Below are positions 30,050 to 41,655 of a DNA stretch of 64,000 bases, piece by piece. The notes under the pieces are model-generated. The model searched no databases. It was given only the letters and a program-made list of their open reading frames with translations, and was not told the DNA's origin. The stretch is from an uncultured Pelagibacteraceae bacterium. Lineage in GTDB: Bacteria; Pseudomonadota; Alphaproteobacteria; Pelagibacterales; AG-422-B15. Location of the stretch: positions 40,341-104,340 of the forward strand of contig CACIWK010000001.1 in the NCBI GenBank assembly GCA_902590345.1, in the 5' to 3' direction. The number at the start of each line of letters is the position of its first letter. The first letter of the stretch is position 1. Made by a program: the position numbers and the translations under genes.

Positions 30050-31044
30050 CGCACTTCCTGACCAGCTGTTACGGTTGCTTGATCTATTTGCCTTTCAAAC
30101 TCTCTCAATCTTTTATAAACACTTGCGAGTTCAATAATTGTTGGCCAGGCTTTGAGAAGATATTGCATTGACCCCTCAACTCTACCAAATGCCCTGATTA
30201 TTTGCTGCATTACACCAAGAGTAACTACCCCGGCAACAATTGCAGGGGCTAAAAATACATAAGCTGATAAAACATTTGCCTGTAAAAATGCAATACGACC
30301 AATATCAAAATATAGATATCTTATATAACTTAAAAAATGAATTTGCCTTACATCATCAAATAATTCCTCAAGGGTTTTTGGTCTTACTGTTTTATCATCT
30401 TCAGCAATTACTAACATTTTTCTGTATGCCGCTTCTTGTTTTTGTAAATCGTATTCAATACCAACAAGCCTTAAAATTAAACCAAGTCCAATTAAAAATA
30501 ATGTTCCTCCTATAGACCATAATAATGCACCAACGACTAGACCATACTCCCATTCACCAAAGAAAAATATTGGAATTCCAATACTCAAGCCAAACAGTAT
30601 TGGCATAAATTCTACCAGGATCATTAAAGCTTCAATCAAACTTGTACCAAGAGACTCCATGATTCTTGAAAACTTTATGGTATCCTCTTGAACTCTTTGT
30701 GACGCACCCTCAATCTTACGCGCCTTATCATAGACAGAGTGATACCACTCAACCATGGCAGTTCTCCATCTAAATAAAAAGTGATTAGTAAAATAACTTA
30801 CAAGGACAGCAACTGCTACATACATTCCTGCTAGTGTTATAAAGGATAATAAACTTGCCCAATACTCTTCAATTGTAATGGCGTTAGGAGCAGACAATGC
30901 TTCCTGTATCATGTCGTAAAACTCACCGAACCATTCATTAATTTTTACATCAATTTGAACCTGAACCCACAGAGATGATAAGATAATAGCTGAACCAATG
31001 TATGCCCATAAAAACCATTTTGGATCTCTAAAAAACTTAAACAT
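30046..31044 (-). CDS. SbmA/BacA-like inner-membrane transporter
   Basis: 332 aa. MFKFFRDPKWF and INEWFGEFYDMIQ align by eye with E. coli SbmA (MFKSFFPKP, VNAWYAPFYDLIQ). Confidence 0.65.
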   Translation of the reverse strand: MFKFFRDPKWFLWAYIGSAIILSSLWVQVQIDVKINEWFGEFYDMIQEALSAPNAITIEEYWASLLSFITLAGMYVAVAVLVSYFTNHFLFRWRTAMVEWYHSVYDKARKIEGASQRVQEDTIKFSRIMESLGTSLIEALMILVEFMPILFGLSIGIPIFFFGEWEYGLVVGALLWSIGGTLFLIGLGLILRLVGIEYDLQKQEAAYRKMLVIAEDDKTVRPKTLEELFDDVRQIHFLSYIRYLYFDIGRIAFLQANVLSAYVFLAPAIVAGVVTLGVMQQIIRAFGRVEGSMQYLLKAWPTIIELASVYKRLREFERQIDQATVTAGQEVR

Positions 31045-31055
31045 TTATAGAATAA

Positions 31056-31670
31056 TTAATTTGAATATGAATTAAGTAAGTCATCCACCCTGTTAAGAAG
31101 ATCATTCAGATCTTCGTTTTCATCAAAACTAGGAGCATCATCATACATTGTTTCATCAATTATTTCTGGTTTAAGCTGATCTTCTTCGGGAAGTGTTGTA
31201 ATTTCATCTGTGTTTGATATTCCTTCCAAAAACTCTTCCTCGCTCAAACCAATATTATCAGTTGTATCTAAAGTGCTATCGTCATCTGTTACAATGTCTA
31301 ATTCATTACTTTCAACAATTGAATCTTCAATTACCTCATCAAGAGGATCCTCAGTTAAAGTTGAATTATTTATATTTTGATCCTCGTTTCCAAAATTATT
31401 ATCAATAAATTCGTCTAACGATGATGTATCGGCATTACTAGGCACGCTGGTAGATGAGCTTTGTGTAATGATATCTTGAATATCTTCGGCTGACTCACCT
31501 GTAGGCGCGGCCTCCTCTACTTCCTCTTCACCAACAACTGGTGGGGTTAATTCAAAATCAGGGGGTATCTCTAGTGCTTTCTGCTTTAATGATGTGTAAT
31601 CTCTGACTGTATTGTTAGTACAAGCAGCAAAAATTAATAAAAAAAATATAATTAAATAGTTACGTATCAT
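31056..31670 (-). CDS. Lipoprotein (DUF3035-like) with a long acidic low-complexity tail
   Basis: I chose the start at MIRNYLIIFFLLIFAAC (lipobox FAAC). The motif EIPPDFELTPP follows, then ~150 aa rich in D, E, S, T and N. It lies immediately downstream of lspA and overlaps it slightly. Confidence 0.6.
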   Translation of the reverse strand: MIRNYLIIFFLLIFAACTNNTVRDYTSLKQKALEIPPDFELTPPVVGEEEVEEAAPTGESAEDIQDIITQSSSTSVPSNADTSSLDEFIDNNFGNEDQNINNSTLTEDPLDEVIEDSIVESNELDIVTDDDSTLDTTDNIGLSEEEFLEGISNTDEITTLPEEDQLKPEIIDETMYDDAPSFDENEDLNDLLNRVDDLLNSYSN

Positions 31671-32175
31671 TTTTAACGGTTTTATCATTTTCTTTTTTTG
31701 AGAACAACTCAAGTAAAATAATCAAAATACAGCCGAGCGTGATACTTATATCAGCTATATTGAATACATACCAATGATAATTGTTATAATGTAAATCTAT
31801 AAAGTCTAATACAGCAGAATATTGATATCTGTCGAGCAAGTTACCTAGCGCTCCTCCAATAATTAAACTAAATCCATAATAATAAATTTTTTTATTAATA
31901 CTTATTGCATAAAAAAATACTGCTATAGCAATTATCGCCATAACAAACATATAAATATAATTAACCATCGAAATTTCATTTTGTAATATCCCAAATGCAA
32001 AGCCCTTATTCCATATCAAATGAAAATTAAGATATTTATTTATTGATGTTAAATGTTGTGAACTTAGATTTGATACATCAATGTTATAAACATTGATTAC
32101 ATAAAACTTTGAGAGTTGATCGGCTGCAAAAATAACCAGTATTAAAAATATAAATCGTCCAATGGTTTGTATCAT
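31660..32175 (-). CDS. lspA: Lipoprotein signal peptidase (signal peptidase II)
   Basis: 171 aa, four TM segments. Motifs NKGFAFG and FNIADISI. Its start overlaps the ileS stop by 4 nt. Confidence 0.85.
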   Translation of the reverse strand: MIQTIGRFIFLILVIFAADQLSKFYVINVYNIDVSNLSSQHLTSINKYLNFHLIWNKGFAFGILQNEISMVNYIYMFVMAIIAIAVFFYAISINKKIYYYGFSLIIGGALGNLLDRYQYSAVLDFIDLHYNNYHWYVFNIADISITLGCILIILLELFSKKENDKTVKNDT

Positions 32176-34985
32176 TTACAAAGCACTTCTTGACATCTAT
32201 CGCAAACATTATCTTTTAAATTAGAAAAATATCTCCAACACCGCTCACATTTTTCACCATCAGTTTTACTTACATGCACTCCAATATTTTTATCTACTTC
32301 AGATATAAAGCTGTCATCTGAAGGCTTGTCATTTACAATTTCTAATTCACTAATAATTGAAATATTTTCTAATACTTTTTGGTCAATCTTTTCAATTTCA
32401 TCTTTAGATATGTACAGTTTAACAGAAGCTTCAAGGCTGGATCCAAGAACTTTTTCTTTTCTCTTCACTTCGATTGCTCCGTTAATGACCTTTCTTAATT
32501 TTTTATACACTGCCCATTTAGTTGATAAATTTTTATTTATTAAAGTATCATTTAATTTTGGAAAATCTTTTTCATGTATGCTGTTTTCAATTCCAAATCG
32601 ACTTTGCCAAGCTTCTTCAGTGGTAAAACAGAGTATTGGTGCAAGCAAACTTAATAAATCGTGAAATAAAATATCTAAAACAGTGCGAGTTGATTTTCTT
32701 ACTTTGTTATTTTTTGAATCACAATAAAGAGTATCTTTTCTTACATCAAAATAGAAAGATGATAAGTCGTTTGTACAAAAATTAAATATCGCAGAAAAAA
32801 CTTTTTGATACTCAAATATTTTATAGTTTGAGATAACTTCTTTTTTTAAACTCTCTAATTCTGATAAAATATATAAATCTAATTCATCAAGTTCATCCGT
32901 AGATACTTTCTCGTCTTGATCAAAATCTGATAAATTACCTAAAATAAAACGAAGTGTATTGCGGAGTCTTCTATAGCTATCAATGTTGCTTTTTATGATT
33001 TCAGGCCCGATCTTTAAATCCTCAGAGTAATCACTACTTGCTACCCAGAGCCTTAGTATGTCAGCGCCTGATTTTTCAATGACCTCTGCTGGCGAGACAG
33101 TATTGGATGATGATTTACTCATCTTTAGGCCATCTTCATGAAGTATGAATCCATGAGTTAAAACGGACTCATAAGGCGCAACTCCTCTTGTGCCACATGA
33201 TTCTAAAAGTGATGAATGAAACCAACCTCTGTGTTGATCTGTTCCTTCAAGATAAATAGATGCTGGCCAGATTTGATCATTTTTTCCATCTAAAACAAAT
33301 GCATGTGTACAGCCTGAGTCAAACCATACATCTAAAATATCATTAACTTTTTTATATTCTTCCGGATTATAATTTGAACCTAATAATTCTTCTTTTGAAT
33401 ATTTAAACCACGCATCTGAGCCTTCTTTTTCATAAAGTTTAATAATTTTTTCATTTATTTCTTTATCAACCAGCGGCTTTCCTGTTTTAATATTGTAAAA
33501 GATAGATAAAGGTACGCCCCATGCTCGTTGTCTTGACACTACCCAATCAGGTCTTTCTTCAATCATTGAATAAATTCTATTTTTTCCCTGTTTTGGAAAC
33601 CATTTAACCTTTTCAATTTCGTTCAACGCTTTTTCTCTCAATTGATTTTTTTCCATACTGATGAACCATTGTGGAGTATTTCTAAAGATGACAGGAGCTT
33701 TTGATCTCCATGAATGAGGGTAGCTATGACGCAATGAACCCTTGCCTGCTAAATTTTCATGGTTTTTTAGCTCAATGATAACTGCCACATTTGCATCAGC
33801 ATCTGATCCATCTTCATTAAATATCTTTTTACCATTAAATAATGGTACGTGGGGAAAGTATTCACCATTTTCGTCTACTGTATCAGGTACTTCGATACCA
33901 TTTGTAATACCCAAATTATAGTCATCAGCTCCATGGCCAGGTGCTATATGAACAAAACCCGTGCCTTGCTCCAAAGTAACAAAATCAGCATCAAAAATTC
34001 TTACCTCAAAATCATAACCAGATTTTTTAAAAGGGTGATTACAAATAATTTTGTCTAAGTTTTTTACTTCTGATATTTTTTTTAATTCTCTAATTTTGCA
34101 TTGAACTTTTACATTATCTAAAAGTTCATCTGCAATTATAATTTTATCACCATCTTGTAAAGTACTGTGTTCTTCTAAACTTACTACTTCAAACATTGAA
34201 TATGTTATTGATTTACTATAAGCAATTGCTCTGTTTCCTGGAATTGTCCATGGAGTTGTAGTCCATATAATTACGGATGCATCTTGACAATTTGCATCAG
34301 AACTCTCTTTTACTGGGAACTTTACGCAGATAGTTGTTGATTTATGTTCTTTATATTCAATCTCAGCTTCAGCTAATGCAGTCTTTTCAACAGTTGACCA
34401 CATAACAGGCTTTGACCCACGATATAAACTTTCGTTCTCAAGAAACTTAAAAAATTCTCTTACAATAATAGACTCTGCCTCATATGACATTGTAGTATAG
34501 GGAGAGTACCAGTCTCCATTTATTCCTAAGCGAATAAATTCTTCTCTTTGTATATCAATCCATTTTTCAGCAAATTCTCTGCATTCTTTTCTAAATTTTA
34601 TAATATCGACATCATCTTTATTCTTTCCTTGTTCTCTATATTGCTCTTCTATTTTCCACTCAATTGGCAAGCCATGACAATCCCAGCCAGGAATGTAAGA
34701 ACTATCATTTCCAAGCATTTGTTGTGATCTCACAACAAAGTCTTTTAGTATTTTGTTCAGGGCGTGCCCCATGTGTAGATGACCGTTAGCGTAAGGGGGG
34801 CCATCATGTAATACGAATTTTTTTCTACTTTTTGATTTTTCCCTTAATTTTTCATAAATATTATCCTTTGACCAGCCATCTAGAATTTTTGGCTCTTGCT
34901 CGGGTAGGCCAGCACGCATCGCAAAGGACGTCTTTGGTAAAAATAGAGTTTCACTAAAGTCTATTTTATCATTTTTAGTGTTCAT
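32172..34985 (-). CDS. ileS: Isoleucine-tRNA ligase
   Basis: 937 aa. HMGH (HIGH) motif, KMSKS, and C-terminal zinc knuckle CERCW..CDRC. Confidence 0.95.
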   Translation of the reverse strand: MNTKNDKIDFSETLFLPKTSFAMRAGLPEQEPKILDGWSKDNIYEKLREKSKSRKKFVLHDGPPYANGHLHMGHALNKILKDFVVRSQQMLGNDSSYIPGWDCHGLPIEWKIEEQYREQGKNKDDVDIIKFRKECREFAEKWIDIQREEFIRLGINGDWYSPYTTMSYEAESIIVREFFKFLENESLYRGSKPVMWSTVEKTALAEAEIEYKEHKSTTICVKFPVKESSDANCQDASVIIWTTTPWTIPGNRAIAYSKSITYSMFEVVSLEEHSTLQDGDKIIIADELLDNVKVQCKIRELKKISEVKNLDKIICNHPFKKSGYDFEVRIFDADFVTLEQGTGFVHIAPGHGADDYNLGITNGIEVPDTVDENGEYFPHVPLFNGKKIFNEDGSDADANVAVIIELKNHENLAGKGSLRHSYPHSWRSKAPVIFRNTPQWFISMEKNQLREKALNEIEKVKWFPKQGKNRIYSMIEERPDWVVSRQRAWGVPLSIFYNIKTGKPLVDKEINEKIIKLYEKEGSDAWFKYSKEELLGSNYNPEEYKKVNDILDVWFDSGCTHAFVLDGKNDQIWPASIYLEGTDQHRGWFHSSLLESCGTRGVAPYESVLTHGFILHEDGLKMSKSSSNTVSPAEVIEKSGADILRLWVASSDYSEDLKIGPEIIKSNIDSYRRLRNTLRFILGNLSDFDQDEKVSTDELDELDLYILSELESLKKEVISNYKIFEYQKVFSAIFNFCTNDLSSFYFDVRKDTLYCDSKNNKVRKSTRTVLDILFHDLLSLLAPILCFTTEEAWQSRFGIENSIHEKDFPKLNDTLINKNLSTKWAVYKKLRKVINGAIEVKRKEKVLGSSLEASVKLYISKDEIEKIDQKVLENISIISELEIVNDKPSDDSFISEVDKNIGVHVSKTDGEKCERCWRYFSNLKDNVCDRCQEVLCK

Positions 34986-34990
34986 TTTGC

Positions 34991-35950
34991 TTAATTTAGA
35001 ATTTTTTGTGCTTTAGCTATATCTGATTTTAATTGTTTTTTTAAGGCCTCTACTCCTGAAAATTTCTTTTCATGCCTTATAAATTCAATAAAGTCGACTT
35101 TTAGCAAAGAATTATAAATATTCAATTTAAATCTAAATAGATGAACTTCCAAAATTTCAGAGTTCTTATGAAATGTTGGTCTGATACCAAAATTCGCAAT
35201 TCCTTTAAGAGTTCTTTTCTTTGAATTTTTAATGAATGAGGCTTCAATAGCATATACTCCATATTTTGGTGCCACGTATTCATTTATATTTAGATTAGCA
35301 GTTGGAACGCCAATTTTTCGGCCTCGTTGATCTCCTTTTATAACTTTTGACGTTATACTGAAATTGTTTCCCAAAAAATTTTTTGCCAATTTTACATTAC
35401 CGTTTGAAATAAGTTTTCTAATATTTGTAGACGAATATATTTTCATCTTTGTTTTATTAAAAAGATGATTTGGTGTTTTTAATAATTTCACTGGGTTTAC
35501 ATAAAATTGATTTTCTTTACCAAAATTCAGAAGAAACTTATAGTCGCCTGATCGTTTATTACCAAATTTAAAATTTTTACCAACTAAAATATATTTCATT
35601 GATATTCCTTTAAGTAATATTTTTTTACAAAAGTCATTAGGTGTCATAGAGGATATTTTTTTATTAAATTTTATTATTATTGCATAATCGATACCGTAAG
35701 ATTTTAAGATTTCGAGACGTTCGTTCAACTCTGTTAATAAGAAACTTTTAATATTTTTGTTAAAATATTTCCGTGGATGCGGATCAAAAAGTAATACACC
35801 TATTTTTGTTTTTTGTTTATTTGCAATTTTTTTTGCTGAATTAATTATTGATTGATGCCCTTTATGAACTCCATCAAGATTTCCAATAATTAATACAGAA
35901 TTATTTGTATAATTTAATGATCTTCTATTTAAACTTTTAAAAACTATCAT
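34991..35950 (-). CDS. ribF: Bifunctional riboflavin kinase / FMN adenylyltransferase
   Basis: 319 aa. GNLDGVHKGHQ, and the kinase domain GDQRGRKIGVPTANL. Confidence 0.9.
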   Translation of the reverse strand: MIVFKSLNRRSLNYTNNSVLIIGNLDGVHKGHQSIINSAKKIANKQKTKIGVLLFDPHPRKYFNKNIKSFLLTELNERLEILKSYGIDYAIIIKFNKKISSMTPNDFCKKILLKGISMKYILVGKNFKFGNKRSGDYKFLLNFGKENQFYVNPVKLLKTPNHLFNKTKMKIYSSTNIRKLISNGNVKLAKNFLGNNFSITSKVIKGDQRGRKIGVPTANLNINEYVAPKYGVYAIEASFIKNSKKRTLKGIANFGIRPTFHKNSEILEVHLFRFKLNIYNSLLKVDFIEFIRHEKKFSGVEALKKQLKSDIAKAQKILN

Positions 35951-35957
35951 TTTTTAA

Positions 35958-36812
35958 TTAATTTAAAATTTCAGTATACATTAGAGTTTTGCAAGTTTCA
36001 GGTAACTTAGCTTTTGATATTCTCACTAAATCGTCATCATTTATAATTTCAGTTTTATGAATACCATTTTTTATAAATAAAAAATCTAAATCCGATTTGT
36101 GTGCCCCTAAGCAATCTGTTTTTAGGCTGTCGCCTATAGCTAATATTTCTTTTTTGATTGTTGTATCTTTAGACAATAAATCAGACATTACAAAATCATA
36201 TATTTCTGGATAAGGTTTTCCGTAGTAAGTTACTTTACCTCCTAGTTTTTCGTAATATTTTCCAAGAGCACCTGCACAATATATGCGTGCCTGACCTCGG
36301 TAGACTATTTCATCTGGATTAACACATACTATTTCTAAATTTTGTTTTAGAAAATCCTCAAAAATATTTTTATAGTCCTCTGGGCGTTCATCGTTGTCAT
36401 TATATAAGCCTGTGCAAACAACAAATTCTGAGGACTCTATGTCATTAGTTTTTTGAATATTTATATTATCTAGCAAGTCATAATCTTTTTCTGGTCCTAA
36501 ATGATAATATGATTGTCCATGAACTTTAGAATTTATGTACTTTGTACCTGTATCGCCTGAAGTATAAATTTTTTTAAATAATTCAGGATTGAGATTAAGT
36601 TTATTTATTAATCCATTTCTTACTACTGCCTCAGGTCTCGGAGCATTAGAAATCAAATAAACATCAATATTATTTTCTTTCATTGCCTCAAGATAGGATT
36701 TTGCATCAGAGAATACTTCAACACCATTATGAATAACGCCCCAAAGATCACAAAGTATGATTCTATAAGAAAGTGAAAATTCAGTAGCGCTTATGATTTT
36801 TTTAATTTCCAT
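35958..36812 (-). CDS. HAD-superfamily class IIA hydrolase (TIGR01459-type)
   Basis: 284 aa. Motifs DLWGVIHNG, ISNAPR and IGDSLKTD. This family commonly lies next to ribF in alphaproteobacteria. Confidence 0.7.
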   Translation of the reverse strand: MEIKKIISATEFSLSYRIILCDLWGVIHNGVEVFSDAKSYLEAMKENNIDVYLISNAPRPEAVVRNGLINKLNLNPELFKKIYTSGDTGTKYINSKVHGQSYYHLGPEKDYDLLDNINIQKTNDIESSEFVVCTGLYNDNDERPEDYKNIFEDFLKQNLEIVCVNPDEIVYRGQARIYCAGALGKYYEKLGGKVTYYGKPYPEIYDFVMSDLLSKDTTIKKEILAIGDSLKTDCLGAHKSDLDFLFIKNGIHKTEIINDDDLVRISKAKLPETCKTLMYTEILN

Positions 36813-36876
36813 AATTATATTGAAATTATCCTATAAATTTATAATCTTCTTATAAATTATTATGATATTTTATTAA

Positions 36877-37644
36877 ATGACACTTTTTAACCTAAAAGAT
36901 AAAAATGCAATAATCACAGGATCTTCGAGAGGAATAGGCAAAGCTATAGCCTACAGAATGGCAGAGCATGGTGCAAAAGTCATTATCACAAGTCGAAAGC
37001 TTGATGCATGTGAAGCAGTCGCTAAAGAGATAAATGATACATTTGGAGAGGGACATGCAACGGCAATTTCATGTAATATTTCCGACAAAGAGCAATTAAA
37101 AAATCTTTACAAAAAATCGTTAGACTTCTGTGGCAACATTTCCACTCTTGTATGTAATGCTGCAATCAATCCATATTTTGGACCATCAAATAATATACCT
37201 GACGAGGCGTTTGAAAAAATAATGAAGTCAAACGTGCAAAGTAATTTTTGGCTCTGTAATGAGGTGCTCCCAGATATGATCAAAATGAAAAATGGATCAA
37301 TTATAATTATTTCCTCGATCGCAGGTTTGCGCGGCAACAGCATGTTGGGTGCTTATGCTATATCAAAAGCTGCGGATTCCCAGTTGGCAAGAAATATATC
37401 AGTGGAATATGGAAGAGATAATATTCGTGCAAATTGTATCTCACCTGGTTTAATAAAAACTGATTTTGCCAGAGCATTATGGGAGAATGAGAGTATCTTA
37501 AAATCTATGACGGCCAAAGCAGCTTTAAAAAGGATAGGAATGCCTGACGAAATTGCAGGTGCTGCAGTATATTTGGCTTCTGAAGCAGGATCTTTTATGA
37601 CTGGTCAAAACATCGTAATTGATGGCGGTGAATCAGAACAATAG
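36877..37644 (+). CDS. Short-chain dehydrogenase/reductase (SDR), classical type
   Basis: 255 aa. TGSSRGIGKA, NAA, and catalytic S..YAISK. Confidence 0.85.
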   Translation: MTLFNLKDKNAIITGSSRGIGKAIAYRMAEHGAKVIITSRKLDACEAVAKEINDTFGEGHATAISCNISDKEQLKNLYKKSLDFCGNISTLVCNAAINPYFGPSNNIPDEAFEKIMKSNVQSNFWLCNEVLPDMIKMKNGSIIIISSIAGLRGNSMLGAYAISKAADSQLARNISVEYGRDNIRANCISPGLIKTDFARALWENESILKSMTAKAALKRIGMPDEIAGAAVYLASEAGSFMTGQNIVIDGGESEQ

Positions 37645-37706
37645 CAAATTATTGAAAATGCTTGTTTTTTTGCTAATTCCAATAAAATCGAAATTTTTTC
37701 CACCCC

Positions 37707-37735
37707 TTGACACACTTGCCCTAGATCACTATATG
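37707..37735 (+). promoter_or_regulatory. Putative groESL promoter
   Basis: TTGACA (37707-37712), a 17-nt spacer, then TATATG (37730-37735), 45 nt before the groES ATG. The flanking CCCTTGA..CACTATAT also resembles an RpoH-type (CTTGA / CnTATnT) promoter. Confidence 0.5.
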
Positions 37736-37780
37736 CCTAGGTAATTAAGCTTTGTGCAAACATATTTAGGAGATTAAGAC

Positions 37781-38095
37781 ATGAATTTTAGACCTTTACA
37801 CGATCGTGTACTCGTTAGAAGACTGGATACTGAAGAAAAAACAGCAGGGGGTATTATCATACCAGACACTGCTCAGGAAAAACCTCAAGAAGGCCAAATT
37901 GTAGCCGTCGGAAACGGAACTAAAAGTGAAGATGGTAAAGTAACCCCACTTGATCTAAAAGTTGGCGATATCGTTCTTTTTGGAAAGTGGTCTGGAACAG
38001 AAGTAAAGGTTGATGGTGAAGAACTCTGTATTATGAAAGAGTCAGACATCATGGGCGTTATAGATACAAAATCTAAATCAAAAAAGAAAAAATAA
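37781..38095 (+). CDS. groES: Co-chaperonin GroES
   Basis: 104 aa. [25 protein letters not shown]. Confidence 0.95.
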   Translation: MNFRPLHDRVLVRRLDTEEKTAGGIIIPDTAQEKPQEGQIVAVGNGTKSEDGKVTPLDLKVGDIVLFGKWSGTEVKVDGEELCIMKESDIMGVIDTKSKSKKKK

Positions 38096-38102
38096 ATATT
38101 AA

Positions 38103-39767
<1,665 letters not shown>

Positions 39768-39790
39768 GTTGAGCTCATTAAAGCTAATCT

Positions 39791-39820
39791 AAAAAAACCC
39801 GGCCTAGCCGGGTTTTTTTA
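39791..39820. terminator. Bidirectional rho-independent terminator between convergent groEL and hisG
   Basis: AAAAAAA-CCCGGC-cta-GCCGGG-TTTTTTT. A GC stem is flanked by an A-run and a T-run, so it can terminate both strands. The T-run overlaps the hisG stop by a few nt. Confidence 0.8.
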
Positions 39821-40519
39821 TGAAATCCTATCTATTAAATAATTGAGTGTATTTTCTAAATTTTTATTCCACTCAGCTACATTTGAAGTAAAAATGTTTG
39901 CAGACGACTCTAGTATAAGTCCATCATCAAGTACTCTTAGATTATTAGCTCTTAATGTTTCTCCTGATGATGTGATGTCAGTAATTATTTCTGCAAAGCC
40001 ATTGAATGGAGCGCTCTCGGTTGATCCATCACTTTCTACAGTCCTATAATCTACAACCCCACAATTTGAAAAATATTCATTTGTTAAATTCTTATACTTT
40101 GTTGCAACTCTAAGTCTTTTAGAGAATTTGGTTCTGTGCAAATGGCAGATTTCTTCTAAGTCGGCCATTGTCATTACGTCAATCCATATTTCTGGTATAG
40201 CAACAACTAAATTTGCTTTACCAAAATTTAACTTAAGTTTTTTTGAAACCTTCTGGTTATAATTAGTTATTTTTTCTTGTACTAAATCGTCACCAGTTAA
40301 ACCAACATGAATGGATCCTTCATCAAGTCGATTTGTAATTTCTTTAGCACTTAAGAAATAAACAATTGCTTTATCAAGACCCTCTATTGCTGCAATATAC
40401 TCTCTATCATTTTCAAGATTACTAAAAATTATTTTTTTTTCTTCAAACAAAGACTCCATGTCAGTTCTCAATCTACCTTTACTTGGCAATGCAATCCGAA
40501 GTTTATTTTGTATATTCAT
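39818..40519 (-). CDS. hisG: ATP phosphoribosyltransferase, short (HisZ-dependent) form
   Basis: 233 aa. LRIALPSKGRL. It lacks a C-terminal regulatory domain and follows hisZ directly. Confidence 0.85.
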   Translation of the reverse strand: MNIQNKLRIALPSKGRLRTDMESLFEEKKIIFSNLENDREYIAAIEGLDKAIVYFLSAKEITNRLDEGSIHVGLTGDDLVQEKITNYNQKVSKKLKLNFGKANLVVAIPEIWIDVMTMADLEEICHLHRTKFSKRLRVATKYKNLTNEYFSNCGVVDYRTVESDGSTESAPFNGFAEIITDITSSGETLRANNLRVLDDGLILESSANIFTSNVAEWNKNLENTLNYLIDRIS

Positions 40520-40521
40520 TC

Positions 40522-41649
40522 CTAAATCAGCTCAATTATATTGTTATTATTAGTTGCAAATCCTACTGCTGATAAGTTCGATTTAGAGCCTAAATCAATA
40601 AGCAATTTATCATACCGCCCTCCACTAATTAATTCACTTTGATTATCAGGATTATAAATTTCAAACATCATGCCGTCATAGAATTCAATTGAATGACCAA
40701 AGTCATTATCAAAATAATATTTTTCTATGTTACTTTTTTCTGATACAGCATTCACAAAATTCTCCATTTCCTCTACTTCACTCTCAAATGAAGGAACATT
40801 ATTTGATTTAGTAAATTCGCGAAGTAGTGATGGAAATTCCGAAAGGTTACAACTTAATTTTAAAAAATTATTAATTAAATCAACAATTTTTTTTCCATCT
40901 TTCTGACTTATTACATTAAGGCTTTTTAATTGAAATCGATCAACAATTTCCTCAACAGTTCGAGCACCTAAACCTCGAACATTTTGTTTATTAATTAAAT
41001 CTGTCAAGCCTTTGTCAGATACGTCATCTATATTAAATTTCTCTTGAAGCATGCTATGCTTTTTTTCATTATCATACCCTACACCTTCACCTAATCTATC
41101 AAGTAAACTCCCGAAATATTTTCTTCTAAAAAAATGTCTTACTAATCTCTGTTTCCATCTAATTGGCAGCTCTAATTTGTTGATAAACTGATTAAATAAT
41201 TTAATGCTACCAATTTTAATTTTATAGTTATCAATATTTAGTTGACACATTGTATCTTCAGCTGTCTTTAAAATGTACGCATCCATTTCATGTATATTAT
41301 TTAAATTTTTTTCAGAAAAAATGATCTCAATACCTGACTGATTTAATTCAATGGAATTATTTGATAACTCATTGGATGATCTGAATACAGGACCGCTGTA
41401 ACATAACTTTGACTCACTGGATTTACTATTACTTGCAATAAAATTTTGACATGTTGGTACAGTCATGTCTGGTCTCAAACATTTTTCTTTTCCTGAAGTA
41501 TCAGTAAACGAATACATCTTTCTTCTAATTTCTTCACCTGAAGTTTCAAAAAATATATCCGCATCAAACAGCAATGGAAGTTCAATATAATTAAAACCAG
41601 AATTAATAAAATAATTCTTTAGATTGATATTTAATTCTTGAAGTGACAT
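40522..41649 (-). CDS. hisZ: ATP phosphoribosyltransferase regulatory subunit (HisRS paralogue)
   Basis: 375 aa. It is a class II HisRS-like core with no anticodon-binding domain and sits between hisS and hisG. Confidence 0.75.
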   Translation of the reverse strand: MSLQELNINLKNYFINSGFNYIELPLLFDADIFFETSGEEIRRKMYSFTDTSGKEKCLRPDMTVPTCQNFIASNSKSSESKLCYSGPVFRSSNELSNNSIELNQSGIEIIFSEKNLNNIHEMDAYILKTAEDTMCQLNIDNYKIKIGSIKLFNQFINKLELPIRWKQRLVRHFFRRKYFGSLLDRLGEGVGYDNEKKHSMLQEKFNIDDVSDKGLTDLINKQNVRGLGARTVEEIVDRFQLKSLNVISQKDGKKIVDLINNFLKLSCNLSEFPSLLREFTKSNNVPSFESEVEEMENFVNAVSEKSNIEKYYFDNDFGHSIEFYDGMMFEIYNPDNQSELISGGRYDKLLIDLGSKSNLSAVGFATNNNNIIELI

Positions 41650-41655
41650 TTTATT

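Noticed and set aside
36813-36876. AT-only palindrome TATAAATTTATA in the HAD / SDR divergent spacer
   Set aside because: It is short and consists purely of A and T in a genome of about one-third G+C, so chance occurrence is likely. I know of no matching motif.
37645-37706. Possible stem TAGCAAA...TTTGCTA after the SDR gene as a terminator
   Set aside because: It is a 7-bp AT-rich stem with a 19-nt loop and no proper T-tract, which is too weak to call.
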